Made by a program: the position numbers and the translations under genes. Positions 19,282 through 28,808 of a stretch of DNA of 62,156 nt are shown here, in pieces. The first letter of the stretch is position 1. The number at the start of each line of letters is the position of its first letter. The stretch spans positions 1 to 62,156 of the forward strand of contig DATDVS010000005.1 in NCBI GenBank assembly GCA_036517535.1, given 5' to 3'. Below the pieces are notes generated by a model. It ran no database searches, was not told the origin of the DNA, and saw only the letters and a list, made by a program, of their open reading frames with translations. Source of the stretch: Minisyncoccota bacterium. GTDB lineage: Bacteria; Patescibacteriota; Minisyncoccia; Phycocordibacterales; UBA9973.

Positions 19282-22200
19282 TTAGTAGGTCAAAGTCTTC
19301 ACAGGCACCAATGGCAAGCTGTCAATGTGCAGGATTGTGGTAGTGATACCATCGCCCCATGCTACACCGGTAGCCGCATCAGTAGAGATAGGCTGGATGG
19401 TGAAGCTCTTGTCGCTTGTAGCATCCTGCGTATCAGCTGTTACCCAAATGGTCTTTGAAGAGCCAGCCGCGATGACTACGTCAACGAAGCGAGCGCCTGT
19501 CAAACCATCAGTGGTATTAGCATTGGTAGCGCCAAATCTGTCCTCAGTAGTATCGCCGGAATCACCCGAGTCGATACATGCGAGGGTAGCTGCAGGCGTA
19601 CAACTGATAGTGTTGTGAGTATCATACTCAACAGTCGCTAGAAGGTTACCGGTTGTAATAGTATCCTTGTAGATTTTCACATTTCTGTCAACTTCTGCCG
19701 TTAGGGCGATAGTTGAAGAAATGCTCTGGCCGAAGAGTTCGAGAGTAGCATCGAAGTTACCAGCATTAGCTGAGTTAGATACGATGTACTTTGCCACAAC
19801 CTGACCGCTCATACCGGATGAAGATCCGTTTGGAGAGTCAGAAGCGTAAGCCACAGTAAGCTTGGTGCGGTATACAGTAGCTGAGTTCGCACTGAGGTCT
19901 GCAGAAGCAGCATCAGTGGAAAGATCAGCACCGGAACCAACACCTTGCGCTGTAACCACAGCTCCAAGTTCAGTGTTGGTATCGTATTGCAGTGAGAACA
20001 CGACACCGTTATCACCCGCAGCGTTGGAAGAAGTAGCGTTAGGGTAAGTGGAAACATCCGCCTTAAGGACGAGGACAACTGAGCCATTTGCAGGTACTCG
20101 TAGTGAGAGGCCTTCAAATGTTATCAAGCCGTCGAGGTCTTCAGAAGTTGTTCCAGCTACACCAGCAGAAGCGACAGTGCCTACAGGATTGACCAAGTCT
20201 GTAGACTTGTACAATCGGTAGTTACCGAAGTCTCCGCGGACACTAGCCTCATCATCAGTCGCAGCAACTCCACCAGTCATAGCAACGACGATCTTAGATA
20301 CGTCGATGTCTTCCGAGGAAGATGCAGCGAATTTGAACTTGGCTAGAGTCTGATCCGTAGAACCCATGACATACTGCGCAGCAGCCGGGGTATCGGAATC
20401 AAGGCTCAAAGTAAGAGCACCAGAGGTAGCAATGTAGACATTTTGCAAGTCAACTACAGTAGAGTAGCTTGCATCCGCACTGGTGTTAACACCGGTAGCG
20501 GAAACACTTACAAACTCAAGACCTGTGCGAGCGGTACCGAATCCAGCAGCGCCAGTCAGGATGTCGGCGTAGGCGTCAACAACGTATTGCTGACCAGCCG
20601 CGACAGTAACCGTAGGCGAGATGTTGAAGGTGAAGTCAGCGCCAGCCGTGCCGGAGAGAGTTCCGTTTGCGCTTGAACTAATGGATACTCCATTGTGCTC
20701 AAGAACCAAATTCTGGAAGTTGTCTCCGAAGTCTTCGGAAGTGTTGTCACCATCATCACCGACTACCATCTGGGTAATGTTTACAGCTTCACCGGAACCA
20801 GCAGTGACAACGAACGAAGCCACTTTTACATGGGTTGCGCCCTTGACACCGTTAGGGTTGGTGGAAGTCCTGTCTGCGAAAGCAGAGTTCTTGGTAGCGG
20901 TAAGCGTACCAGTCTTGATGGTAAGAGTGTTGCCGGTAGCACTTGCAGGTGTGAGGTTAGTCAAAGATGTCTGACCAACAGCATCACCAGATGAACCAGC
21001 ATTTAGAGTTACAACAACAGTACCGTCCGCAGTAAGGTCTGTACCGTCTGCCTGCTCCACGTTCGCACGGTATTCAAACACGCCAGTTGTGCCGGCAGGA
21101 ATGATTACAGTGTTTCCGAGAGAGTAGACTTCGACAGTGACATCTGCAACAGAATCATCGGTAGTACCTACCTGTGAACCGTTGAAGTAAAGCTTACCGT
21201 CATTCATGGTTACGCCCTGAGAGTTGTTCACGTTAACTCGTACGTACGCAACCTTGATGTCTTCACCGGCCGCCTTGTAATCAAAGCGAGCGAGAGCGAC
21301 ATCCAGGCCTCCGGAAACGATGTTGCCGGTAGGTGAATTCGTAGAACGAGAAACTGTAATCGTACCGTTGTTGATGTTCGTACCATCAGCATCAGCATCA
21401 GGATCAACCACCGTAAGAGCAGCGCCAGCGTTTAGAGGAGCTGTGTCTACATTGTAGTTGAGGTCTGTGGATACGAAATCAGCAGTTGAACGGATAGTAA
21501 ACTTGAATGCGCGGCCTGTGCCCTTAGCCACTATGCCGTTAAGAACAAAAACTTTGTTCTGGCCGGATAGTATTTGGTAAGGAGCACCAGATAGATCAAA
21601 GACAACTTTGTTGTCAGAGCCAATTTGCGCGGTAGCGCCAACCTGTACTCCAGCGACAGTCAAAGTTAAGTCTTGCAGGTCGCCAGGGGAGATCGTGCCA
21701 ACCATAGTTAGGACAATTCTCTTGACAGCCATTTTCTGAGCGTTCGCAGTAGCGGTAAACCTCCAGAGCTCTTGTGAAACTGTAGAAGGATTAACCGTAG
21801 CTGGGAACGTAGTTGTACTCGAGAGGTTGATGTAGCCGAGGTCGGTGATGAACGCAGTCTGGAAGAGGTTGCCACTGATAGGGAATGATCCGCCAGTAGT
21901 GGAAGCCGTCGTGACTACATCGGAAGCAGAGTTGACCGTGAAGCCAACGCTGTTAGCACCTGCGGTATCGGCAGTCATGCTTACACCGACCCAGATAGCT
22001 CGTGAGCTGTTAGCCGGGACAGTGAATAGGCCACCTGAATTGTTGAATGAGAATATCTTGTTAGATACAGAGCTCATATCAGCAAGCTTGGTAGCGCCAT
22101 CATATAGGTACACGTTGTTGACGTCGCCGTCGGACGCGATACCTGTGCGAGTTAGCTTGACTGTGTTTACCTTGACTTCAGAGCTAGTGCCGTTCGCAAA

Positions 22201-22791
22201 GTTTAATTTGAGAACAGGAGTAGCATTCTGCATTACGCCAGTAGTGTCATCGATAAGCAGAGTTCCGGCTGCTGGATTATCAGAAGCCAGAGAAACTGTG
22301 ACCACACCCGTGACTACTACAGCACCACCGCCAGAACATGACTGTCCTGTAGTTGGAGAGAAGCCTGAAGTTGAAGTACAACCTGCTGGAAGTCCTGTAC
22401 CAGTACCACTATTACATGGTGCTCCGGTGGTAGGACTGAATCCTGAAGTTGAAGTACAACCTGCTGGAAGTCCGCCAGAAGAAGGTGCGCCTGCGAGAGC
22501 TGCGCGGGTCAAAGGACCCACAACTCCATCAGCTACCAATCCGTGACCTGACTGCCAAGCCATGACAGCGGCTTTAGTCAGAGGACCGAACTTGCCATCA
22601 GCTGAAGCTCCTACGATAGTCTGCAAGCATTGAACTTGGACACCGACAGAACCTACTCTCAGCGTAGATGTGATTGAACAATCGGCGTTTGCATTTTGAA
22701 CAGCAACCATTCCGAATGTTGCGAGTACAGCTACCGCCAACACAACGATGGCGAGAAACTTTACTCCTTTTAAATTCAATAAATTACTCAT
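19282..22791 (-). CDS. giant secreted surface protein with N-terminal PG-binding domain (start moved to MSNLLNLKG...)
   Basis: 1169 aa; signal/TM KFLAIVVLAVAVLATFGMVAV; GSVGVQVQCLQTIV...DGKFGPLT...LVADGVVGPLT; tandem LPAGCTSTSGFSPTTG..C x2; long Thr/Ser/Ala/Val-rich beta-type body. Confidence 0.75.
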   Translation of the reverse strand: MSNLLNLKGVKFLAIVVLAVAVLATFGMVAVQNANADCSITSTLRVGSVGVQVQCLQTIVGASADGKFGPLTKAAVMAWQSGHGLVADGVVGPLTRAALAGAPSSGGLPAGCTSTSGFSPTTGAPCNSGTGTGLPAGCTSTSGFSPTTGQSCSGGGAVVVTGVVTVSLASDNPAAGTLLIDDTTGVMQNATPVLKLNFANGTSSEVKVNTVKLTRTGIASDGDVNNVYLYDGATKLADMSSVSNKIFSFNNSGGLFTVPANSSRAIWVGVSMTADTAGANSVGFTVNSASDVVTTASTTGGSFPISGNLFQTAFITDLGYINLSSTTTFPATVNPSTVSQELWRFTATANAQKMAVKRIVLTMVGTISPGDLQDLTLTVAGVQVGATAQIGSDNKVVFDLSGAPYQILSGQNKVFVLNGIVAKGTGRAFKFTIRSTADFVSTDLNYNVDTAPLNAGAALTVVDPDADADGTNINNGTITVSRSTNSPTGNIVSGGLDVALARFDYKAAGEDIKVAYVRVNVNNSQGVTMNDGKLYFNGSQVGTTDDSVADVTVEVYSLGNTVIIPAGTTGVFEYRANVEQADGTDLTADGTVVVTLNAGSSGDAVGQTSLTNLTPASATGNTLTIKTGTLTATKNSAFADRTSTNPNGVKGATHVKVASFVVTAGSGEAVNITQMVVGDDGDNTSEDFGDNFQNLVLEHNGVSISSSANGTLSGTAGADFTFNISPTVTVAAGQQYVVDAYADILTGAAGFGTARTGLEFVSVSATGVNTSADASYSTVVDLQNVYIATSGALTLSLDSDTPAAAQYVMGSTDQTLAKFKFAASSSEDIDVSKIVVAMTGGVAATDDEASVRGDFGNYRLYKSTDLVNPVGTVASAGVAGTTSEDLDGLITFEGLSLRVPANGSVVLVLKADVSTYPNATSSNAAGDNGVVFSLQYDTNTELGAVVTAQGVGSGADLSTDAASADLSANSATVYRTKLTVAYASDSPNGSSSGMSGQVVAKYIVSNSANAGNFDATLELFGQSISSTIALTAEVDRNVKIYKDTITTGNLLATVEYDTHNTISCTPAATLACIDSGDSGDTTEDRFGATNANTTDGLTGARFVDVVIAAGSSKTIWVTADTQDATSDKSFTIQPISTDAATGVAWGDGITTTILHIDSLPLVPVKTLTY

Positions 22792-23437
22792 AAATTTTTC
22801 TAATTTGTTCCCGGTAGTAGAGCTTGGTGATGTTTTGGCTTTAGCCAAAACGCACTCTCGTGCTTCACCAAGTCTCACTACCGGGTGTTACGCCATTAAT
22901 TAGTTTCGACTAAACCAAAAGCGTATTTTCCCATCATTACCCTCTCCGCTGAATAATTAATAATAATATAATAATGTAGCGGATACTAATAATGAACAGA
23001 GATAAACTAAACACTGAAAACATATTTGACCCCAAAAAGAAAATCAGCGATTAAGATAATTTTCCAGGGATCTATGGTGTTTTCAATGACCTTTCCCTTT
23101 GTTCCCCCGAATTGTTATTTGCAATTTTTTCGACGAAATCACAAACAAGAATACAGCGAGAACAAATCAATTTGCGAATACAGAATACACACAAAAAGTG
23201 CAATCCGTATACACAAGCATTATAGTATATAGCCATAAAAATTACAGCAATATACCATGTGGATAACTACTCGTTTTCAGCGAGTATTTACGGCCTCAAA
23301 GAGACTATCTGCAGAGGCTGGTATCCATGCCCGTAATCATTGCATATTTTAAGGGAAAATGCAACCTGCGGGCACATAACCCTAGACGGAGGCGAGGGGG
23401 GTGGTATTACATGAATTAGGGGGCTAGGGGCTGGCTG

Positions 23438-24214
23438 TTAGGGGGCTAGGAAGTACCGGCTCCACCTCTTCTTTCCCGTCTTCTTAAGGACACCCTCTTT
23501 GACCATTAGAATCAGCTCCCTTTGCAGGGTCTTTTCACTGCACGATAGCAACTGTCCTTGAGCCTTAGACTTGATGTCCGTTATGGTTGCACTGCCTCCA
23601 TTTATTTTAATCACAGCCGTTATATCCTGCCTCCTCTGTTTCTTAAGGACATCGAATTCGGAGTTAGTTTTATCGGACAGGGCGCGTAAAAGTGTGTGTC
23701 CTTTCTGCACGCCGATGCGTGTCCTTGATGCATTGGATGAAGCCGGCCGGCCGGCCTCGGTGATTGTAAAAATATTTTTCTTCGTCGGATTGTTTTCTTT
23801 GTCGTCTTCTTTGAAAAGGTCCGAAAGCAAGGTCGGAGTATTAAAAAATTGAGAAGTTTGAGTATATTCCAGTACGGATTGCTTCAGTTCCAGAAATTCT
23901 TTTTTGAGGATCCCGGCGTTCATCTGGGAGATCAGGCCGAGGGTGGACCCGATGTCTAAAAAGGAAAGGATTGCATTTGTTTTGGACACCACCGGGCCCG
24001 GGTTGGATTGTATGTCCATTATGATTTCGGTGCCCAATGTCCTTAATTTATTACGCAGAGGTTCATCCTTGTCCATGATGTCCGTGACCATATAAAGCCC
24101 TGTAATTAGCTTGTTCGTTTTGGTATAGGAGATGGGTAGCGGAGTGTCCGTTATCGCTAACTCTTGCGGGGAAGAGGTGTCCTTTAAATTTAGATTGTGG
24201 TTCTCGCCGGGCAT
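23438..24214 (-). CDS. hypothetical protein with C-terminal winged-helix-like DNA-binding region
   Basis: 258 aa; C-terminus ATITDIKSKAQGQLLSCSEKTLQRELILMVKEGVLKKTGKKRWSRYFL resembles a wHTH. Confidence 0.45.
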   Translation of the reverse strand: MPGENHNLNLKDTSSPQELAITDTPLPISYTKTNKLITGLYMVTDIMDKDEPLRNKLRTLGTEIIMDIQSNPGPVVSKTNAILSFLDIGSTLGLISQMNAGILKKEFLELKQSVLEYTQTSQFFNTPTLLSDLFKEDDKENNPTKKNIFTITEAGRPASSNASRTRIGVQKGHTLLRALSDKTNSEFDVLKKQRRQDITAVIKINGGSATITDIKSKAQGQLLSCSEKTLQRELILMVKEGVLKKTGKKRWSRYFLAP

Positions 24215-24435
24215 TTGTCCATTATATATAGGACACTGAGAAATGCAAGATGCTTTTTCCGGCAGGGAGTGGTCCCTAAAATGAAGCAGAAATAGTTTTT
24301 AAAAAGCCTTTCGCAGGAGCTTAGAGAATAAAGTAAGTACTCTTACTATTATTCTCTTGAGCGACGAGAAGTTCGCCCCGCAAGCTTGCGGGGATAGATT
24401 GCTTTTTAAAAATTCATTTCTGCGCAACTTGTAAG

Positions 24436-24446
24436 TGTGATAAAAT
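24436..24446 (+). promoter_or_regulatory. extended -10 TGTGATAAAAT, 6 nt before ftsK ATG
   Basis: TGTGATAAAATactcgaATG. Confidence 0.55.
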
Positions 24447-24452
24447 ACTCGA

Positions 24453-26582
24453 ATGGCGAAGAAAAAACCGAAGGAGACGGATGGCAAACCCGCACGCTTA
24501 AAACAAGAAACCAAACACGGCATCTGGGCACTGATATTTTTCGTCCTCGCCTTATTTTTTTTGATGGCATATTTCTCCATGGCCGGCCGAGCCGGCACTT
24601 TCATCTACGACATCTTGTCCTACCTGCTCGGGGTCGGCTACATTCTCCTGCCCGCTCTGTGTGTCCTGCTCGGTTCTTCTTTTATGAAATCCGGCGCGCC
24701 GCACGTGGGCGCTACCCGCACAGTAAGCTCGATATTGTTTCTCCTGTCTTCCCTCGGCATGATCGACATCTCTTCCGGCACTCATGCGGGAGGATTTTTG
24801 GGCAAAGTCCTGTCGACGCCATTCATGGCGCTCTTTGACACATACGCAAGTTTGGTTTTCTTGGGAGCAATTTTAATTATTTCCATTTTAGTAATGTTCG
24901 ACGCCAAGCTTGACCTGTCTTACCTGTGGAATAAATTCTTTGGGAAGAAAGTCCGACCAGAGTCGGACTCCGACACGGAGGTCGGAGAAGAAAGTTATGA
25001 AGAAGAATACGAAGATGAGGAAGAGCCGGAAGAAATAGTCGCTTCCCCAGTTAAAACACCAGAGCCGATAAAAAATGAGGAGGAAGAATTTTTGAACCCG
25101 AAGCTGAAAGCTAGAAACCGAAAGCTGTCAGCTAACTATGTCCCCCCGCCGCTGTCGCTCCTGGAGGAAGACAAAGGCAAACCCAATACCGGCGACATCA
25201 AAGCAAACGCGAACATCATCAAGCGAACTTTGGCGAACTTCGGCATCGAAGTGGAGATGGATGAGATCACGGTAGGGCCCACAGTTACTCGCTATGCCTT
25301 AAAGCCGGCCGAAGGAGTAAAGCTCTCGCGCATCGTGGGCCTGCAGAATGATCTGGCCTTGGCGCTGGCCGCCCACCCCATCCGCATCGAAGCTCCAATC
25401 CCGGGTAAATCCCTGGTAGGAATTGAAATTCCGAATAAAGCCAAGTCCATCGTCGGTCTCGCCACTCTCCTGTCCGACGACAAGTTTCAGAATTCTGCCA
25501 AGGCACTCACCATTGCCCTCGGTCGCAGTATTGCCGGCAAAGCAGTCTTCGGCAACCTGGCCAAAATGCCGCACTGCCTGGTGGCCGGCACGACCGGCTC
25601 CGGGAAGTCTGTCGCCATTCACGCTATGATCACTTCGCTCCTCTACCGCAATGGCCCGGATGACCTTAAACTCATCATGATTGACCCAAAACGCGTGGAG
25701 CTCACCCTCTACAACAACATCCCACACCTCCTGACCCCCGTTATCACCGAGGCGAAGAAAACAATTCTGGCGCTCAAATGGGCCGCCAAGGAAATGGATC
25801 GCCGTTACGATATCCTGGAAGCGGAATCCGTGCGCGACATAGAGTCCTACCACAACAATGTTGCAAGCAAGAATAAAGAGGCGGACCGCATGCCCTACAT
25901 CGTCATAATGATCGACGAATTGGCGGATATCATGAGCACCTACCCGCGCGAGCTGGAGAGCGCAATTGTCCGCCTGGCCCAGATGTCGCGGGCGGTGGGC
26001 ATCCACTTGGTACTTTCCACCCAGCGCCCGGAGGTCAACATCATCACCGGGCTCATCAAGGCGAACATCCCGGCCCGGGTGGCGCTGAAAGTGTCTTCCC
26101 AAGTTGACTCCCGCACCATTCTCGATGCCGGAGGGGCGGAAAAGCTTCTCGGCGCGGGCGACATGCTCTACTCTTCCGGCGAGGCCCAGCCGGAGAGACT
26201 GCAATCGGCTTTCATCTCCGAAGCAGAAGTGAAAAAAGTGGTAAAATATTTGGCCGATACCTATAGAGACGAAATATCCGAAGAAATATCCTTGAGTCAG
26301 GGCTCGATTTCTCACGACAAATCTATTTTCGAGTCCGCGCTCGAGGATGAGGCAAGCGAGGACGATGATGAAATGTATGAGGAAGCCCGGGCCTGTGTGA
26401 TAGAGGCCGGCAAAGCCTCCACTTCGTACCTGCAAAGGAAATTAAAATTAGGCTACGCCAGAGCGGCACGGCTGATGGATATGCTCGAGGAGCGCGGAGT
26501 GATCGGCCCCGGAGACGGAGCCAAGCCGCGCGAAGTCTTGGAGCAAATAAACAGAGATGAAAACGGGCAGAATATTATTTAA
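24453..26582 (+). CDS. ftsK: DNA translocase FtsK/SpoIIIE
   Basis: 709 aa; N-terminal TMs, acidic linker, Walker A GTTGSGKS, Walker B MIDELAD, C-terminal gamma wHTH (TSYLQRKLKLGYARAARLMDMLEERGVI). Confidence 0.95.
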   Translation: MAKKKPKETDGKPARLKQETKHGIWALIFFVLALFFLMAYFSMAGRAGTFIYDILSYLLGVGYILLPALCVLLGSSFMKSGAPHVGATRTVSSILFLLSSLGMIDISSGTHAGGFLGKVLSTPFMALFDTYASLVFLGAILIISILVMFDAKLDLSYLWNKFFGKKVRPESDSDTEVGEESYEEEYEDEEEPEEIVASPVKTPEPIKNEEEEFLNPKLKARNRKLSANYVPPPLSLLEEDKGKPNTGDIKANANIIKRTLANFGIEVEMDEITVGPTVTRYALKPAEGVKLSRIVGLQNDLALALAAHPIRIEAPIPGKSLVGIEIPNKAKSIVGLATLLSDDKFQNSAKALTIALGRSIAGKAVFGNLAKMPHCLVAGTTGSGKSVAIHAMITSLLYRNGPDDLKLIMIDPKRVELTLYNNIPHLLTPVITEAKKTILALKWAAKEMDRRYDILEAESVRDIESYHNNVASKNKEADRMPYIVIMIDELADIMSTYPRELESAIVRLAQMSRAVGIHLVLSTQRPEVNIITGLIKANIPARVALKVSSQVDSRTILDAGGAEKLLGAGDMLYSSGEAQPERLQSAFISEAEVKKVVKYLADTYRDEISEEISLSQGSISHDKSIFESALEDEASEDDDEMYEEARACVIEAGKASTSYLQRKLKLGYARAARLMDMLEERGVIGPGDGAKPREVLEQINRDENGQNII

Positions 26583-26901
26583 AAGAGTTGCTCTTTCCGT
26601 CTTTTTTATTTTTATAATTGTTTATTCCTTTTTCAATACCCGGGGCATCATCTTTGGGGTAAAAATTAAAAATGTTAATATAGTAGACGGAGCGACCATT
26701 AGTGAGGATGTCCTCAAAATTACTGGCAATGCGAAAAATGCCGTAAATTTGACTTTGAATGGCCGGGAGATTTCGATCGACCAGGCAGGCAACTGGAGTG
26801 AAAGCCTAGCCCTACTCCCCGGCTATAATGTCATAGAGATAAAAGCTGTCGATAAATTTGGATATTCGGATGAGGAAATTTATAAATTAATTAAAAATTA
26901 G
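26557..26901 (+). CDS. hypothetical membrane-anchored protein
   Basis: 114 aa, N-terminal TM, beta-rich remainder; overlaps ftsK end by 26 nt. Confidence 0.4.
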   Translation: MKTGRILFKRVALSVFFIFIIVYSFFNTRGIIFGVKIKNVNIVDGATISEDVLKITGNAKNAVNLTLNGREISIDQAGNWSESLALLPGYNVIEIKAVDKFGYSDEEIYKLIKN

Positions 26902-26902
26902 T

Positions 26903-27976
26903 ATGCAAAGGAATAAAGAGAAAAAAGAAAAGAAAGAGGACAAGACAGTAGGAACAGAGTTATTAGAAAATACTTTGAAGGGCATCCAGGCCAAGTTCGG
27001 CGAAGGCTCCATCATGAAGTTCGGCGACTCGCCGAAAGTGGACATCAACGTCATCCCCACCGGTTCGATCGGCCTGGACATGGCGCTCGGCGTCGGCGGC
27101 ATCCCGCGCGGCCGCATCATTGAAATTTTTGGCCCGGAATCCTCCGGCAAAACCACTCTCTCGCTCCACATCGTGGCGGAAGCGCAGAAGAAAGGCGGCA
27201 TCTGCGCCTACATCGATGCGGAGCACGCGATGGATCCGGAATATACCAAGAAGCTCGGGGTAAACATCAACGAACTTTTGATTTCTCAGCCGGACAACGG
27301 CGAGCAGGCGCTTGAAATCGTGGAGAGCTTGGTGCGCACTGGGAAAATTGATGTGATCGTCGTCGACTCCGTGGCGGCGCTTACCCCGAAGGATGAAATC
27401 GAGGGCGACATGGGCGCCTACCATGTGGGCAAGCAAGCTCGCCTGATGAGCCAAGCTCTCCGCAAGTTGACAGCCATCGTGGCTCGCTCCAAAACCGTGG
27501 TAATTTTCATAAACCAGATCCGCATGCAGATAGGCGTGATGTTCGGCAACCCGGAAACTACCCCAGGCGGCAAGGCTTTGAAATTCTACACCTCGGTCCG
27601 CCTCGACATCCGGAAAATTGCGCAGATTAAAAAGGGCGAAGAGGTAGTGGGTTCCCGCACCCGAGTAAAAATAGTGAAAAATAAAGTGGCGGCGCCCTTC
27701 AAGCAGACGGAATTCGACATTATTTACAACGAAGGGATTTCTAAAGAGGGCGAGATCATGGCGCTGGGGGAAAAATACAAGATCGTAGAGAAAGTCGGCA
27801 ATTCGTATTTTTATGTACCCCCACCTGACCTCCCCCTACATAAGGGTGAGGAGAAAAGTGAAAAAATAAAGCTTGGCGTAGGCTACGATGCGACTCGCAA
27901 ATTCCTGAAAGAAGATAAAAAAGTCGCCGTGCAAATACTAAAAGAGATAAAGAAGAAATTTGCGGAGCCAGAATAA
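26903..27976 (+). CDS. recA: recombinase RecA (carries an in-frame R2 insertion near the C-terminus)
   Basis: 357 aa; Walker [39 protein letters not shown]. Confidence 0.97.
   Translation: MQRNKEKKEKKEDKTVGTELLENTLKGIQAKFGEGSIMKFGDSPKVDINVIPTGSIGLDMALGVGGIPRGRIIEIFGPESSGKTTLSLHIVAEAQKKGGICAYIDAEHAMDPEYTKKLGVNINELLISQPDNGEQALEIVESLVRTGKIDVIVVDSVAALTPKDEIEGDMGAYHVGKQARLMSQALRKLTAIVARSKTVVIFINQIRMQIGVMFGNPETTPGGKALKFYTSVRLDIRKIAQIKKGEEVVGSRTRVKIVKNKVAAPFKQTEFDIIYNEGISKEGEIMALGEKYKIVEKVGNSYFYVPPPDLPLHKGEEKSEKIKLGVGYDATRKFLKEDKKVAVQILKEIKKKFAEPE
27817..27853. repeat. R2 element, short form, in frame inside recA
   Basis: ACCCCCACCTGACCTCCCCCTACATAAGGGTGAGGAG; encodes [13 protein letters not shown]. 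Confidence 0.8.
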
Positions 27977-27985
27977 ATCTGTTAG

Positions 27986-27991
27986 TATAAT
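27986..27991 (+). promoter_or_regulatory. -10 box TATAAT, 4 nt before efp ATG 27996
   Basis: gttagTATAATccgcATG. Confidence 0.45.
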
Positions 27992-27995
27992 CCGC

Positions 27996-28577
27996 ATGTC
28001 CCAACTGGAATACAGTGAAATTCGCGAGAAGAAAATAATTATTTACGATGGTGAACCAGCTGAAGTGGTGGAAAGCCATGTCGCCCGCACTCAGCAGAGG
28101 AAACCCCAGAACCAGGTGAAGCTCAAGAGCCTAATCTCCGGCAAAACCATCGCCGCCACTTTCCATGTGTCCGAATCAGCCGATGAGGCGGATGTGGAGA
28201 AAAAGGAAATTAAATTCCTATATCATAATCGCGGCGAGTACTGGTTCTGCGAGCCGAATAACCCGGCCAACAGATTTAAACTGGATGCCAGCCTGCTCGA
28301 TAATTCAGTAAAATTCCTGAAAGAAAACGGCCTAGTTACCGCCCTGGTCTGGACTAATGAAGACGAGGAGGAAAAAATAATTAAAATCACCCTGCCGATA
28401 AAAATGGAATTTAAGGTCAAAGACGCTCCGCCGGCAGTCCGCGGCGACACTTCCAAAGGCGGCAACAAGCTTATCACGCTCGAGAACGGCGCAACTCTGA
28501 ACGTGCCCATGTTTATCTCCCCCGGCGAATCTATCCGGGTCAACACCGAAACCGGCGAATACGTCGAGCGCGTATAA
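27996..28577 (+). CDS. efp: elongation factor P
   Basis: 193 aa from MSQLEYSEIREKKIIIYDGEPAEVVESHVARTQQRKPQNQVKLKSLISGK; three-domain EF-P length. Confidence 0.9.
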   Translation: MSQLEYSEIREKKIIIYDGEPAEVVESHVARTQQRKPQNQVKLKSLISGKTIAATFHVSESADEADVEKKEIKFLYHNRGEYWFCEPNNPANRFKLDASLLDNSVKFLKENGLVTALVWTNEDEEEKIIKITLPIKMEFKVKDAPPAVRGDTSKGGNKLITLENGATLNVPMFISPGESIRVNTETGEYVERV

Positions 28578-28581
28578 CCAT

Positions 28582-28600
28582 GACAAGGTTAAACCTTGTC
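28582..28600. terminator. hairpin between convergent efp and rpsR
   Basis: GACAAGGT-TAA-ACCTTGTC, 8-bp stem. Confidence 0.5.
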
Positions 28601-28607
28601 CTAAGTT

Positions 28608-28808
28608 TTACTTAGCTACGAAAGGCAGGAGTCCAAAAAAGCGGGCATGCTTGATGGCGGTAGAGAGAGCGCGCTGATTCTTGGCGGTCACACCGCTTCG
28701 CCTGTGGCTTACGATCTTGCCATTGGGATTTAGAAATCTCTTCAGGATCTCCACATCCTTGTAGTCTATGTATTTTATATTATTGGCTGAAAAATAATCT
28801 TGTTTCAT
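28608..28808 (-). CDS. rpsR: 30S ribosomal protein S18
   Basis: 66 aa; IDYKDVEILKRFLNPNGKIVSHRRSGVTAKNQRALSTAIKHARFFGLLPF. Confidence 0.9.
   Translation of the reverse strand: MKQDYFSANNIKYIDYKDVEILKRFLNPNGKIVSHRRSGVTAKNQRALSTAIKHARFFGLLPFVAK

Noticed and set aside
22792-22878. N-terminal extensions offered by the ORF track: giant protein 22792-22878, RAYT 15401-15457, pseudopilins 11904-12146 and 10033-10134, ileS 44756-44800, efp 27960-27995, HIT 54938-54964.
   Set aside because: The extensions run through hairpins, repeats or promoters, or overlap upstream genes. Internal ATGs give canonical N-termini (signal peptides, prepilin leaders, conserved family starts).
23395-23445. G-rich mini-repeat TAGGGGGCTAGG(GG) x2-3 at the 3' end of the 258-aa gene.
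   Set aside because: It is short, overlaps the stop region, and has no second locus in the window. This is not enough to call a repeat family or a G-quadruplex element.
24948-24990. Two small hairpins in the ftsK linker (AGTCCGAC-CAGA-GTCGGACT and CTCCGAC-ACGGAG-GTCGGAG) that share the TCCGAC/GTCGGA core of R1.
   Set aside because: Only the 6-nt core is shared, with no AAGG/CCTT ends and no R1 loop. The region is a low-complexity acidic linker, so a degenerate R1 copy is possible but cannot be supported from this window.
25299-26435. 378-aa minus-strand ORF antisense to ftsK. Similar long antisense ORFs occur at 34910..35587, 15556..16215, 21845..22546, 7829..8539, 60..467-type frames and elsewhere.
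   Set aside because: These are shadow ORFs inside strongly supported genes (ftsK, M16 peptidase, surface proteins, ligA). Their composition is biased (Arg/Gly/Pro-rich or low complexity) and no motifs are recognisable.
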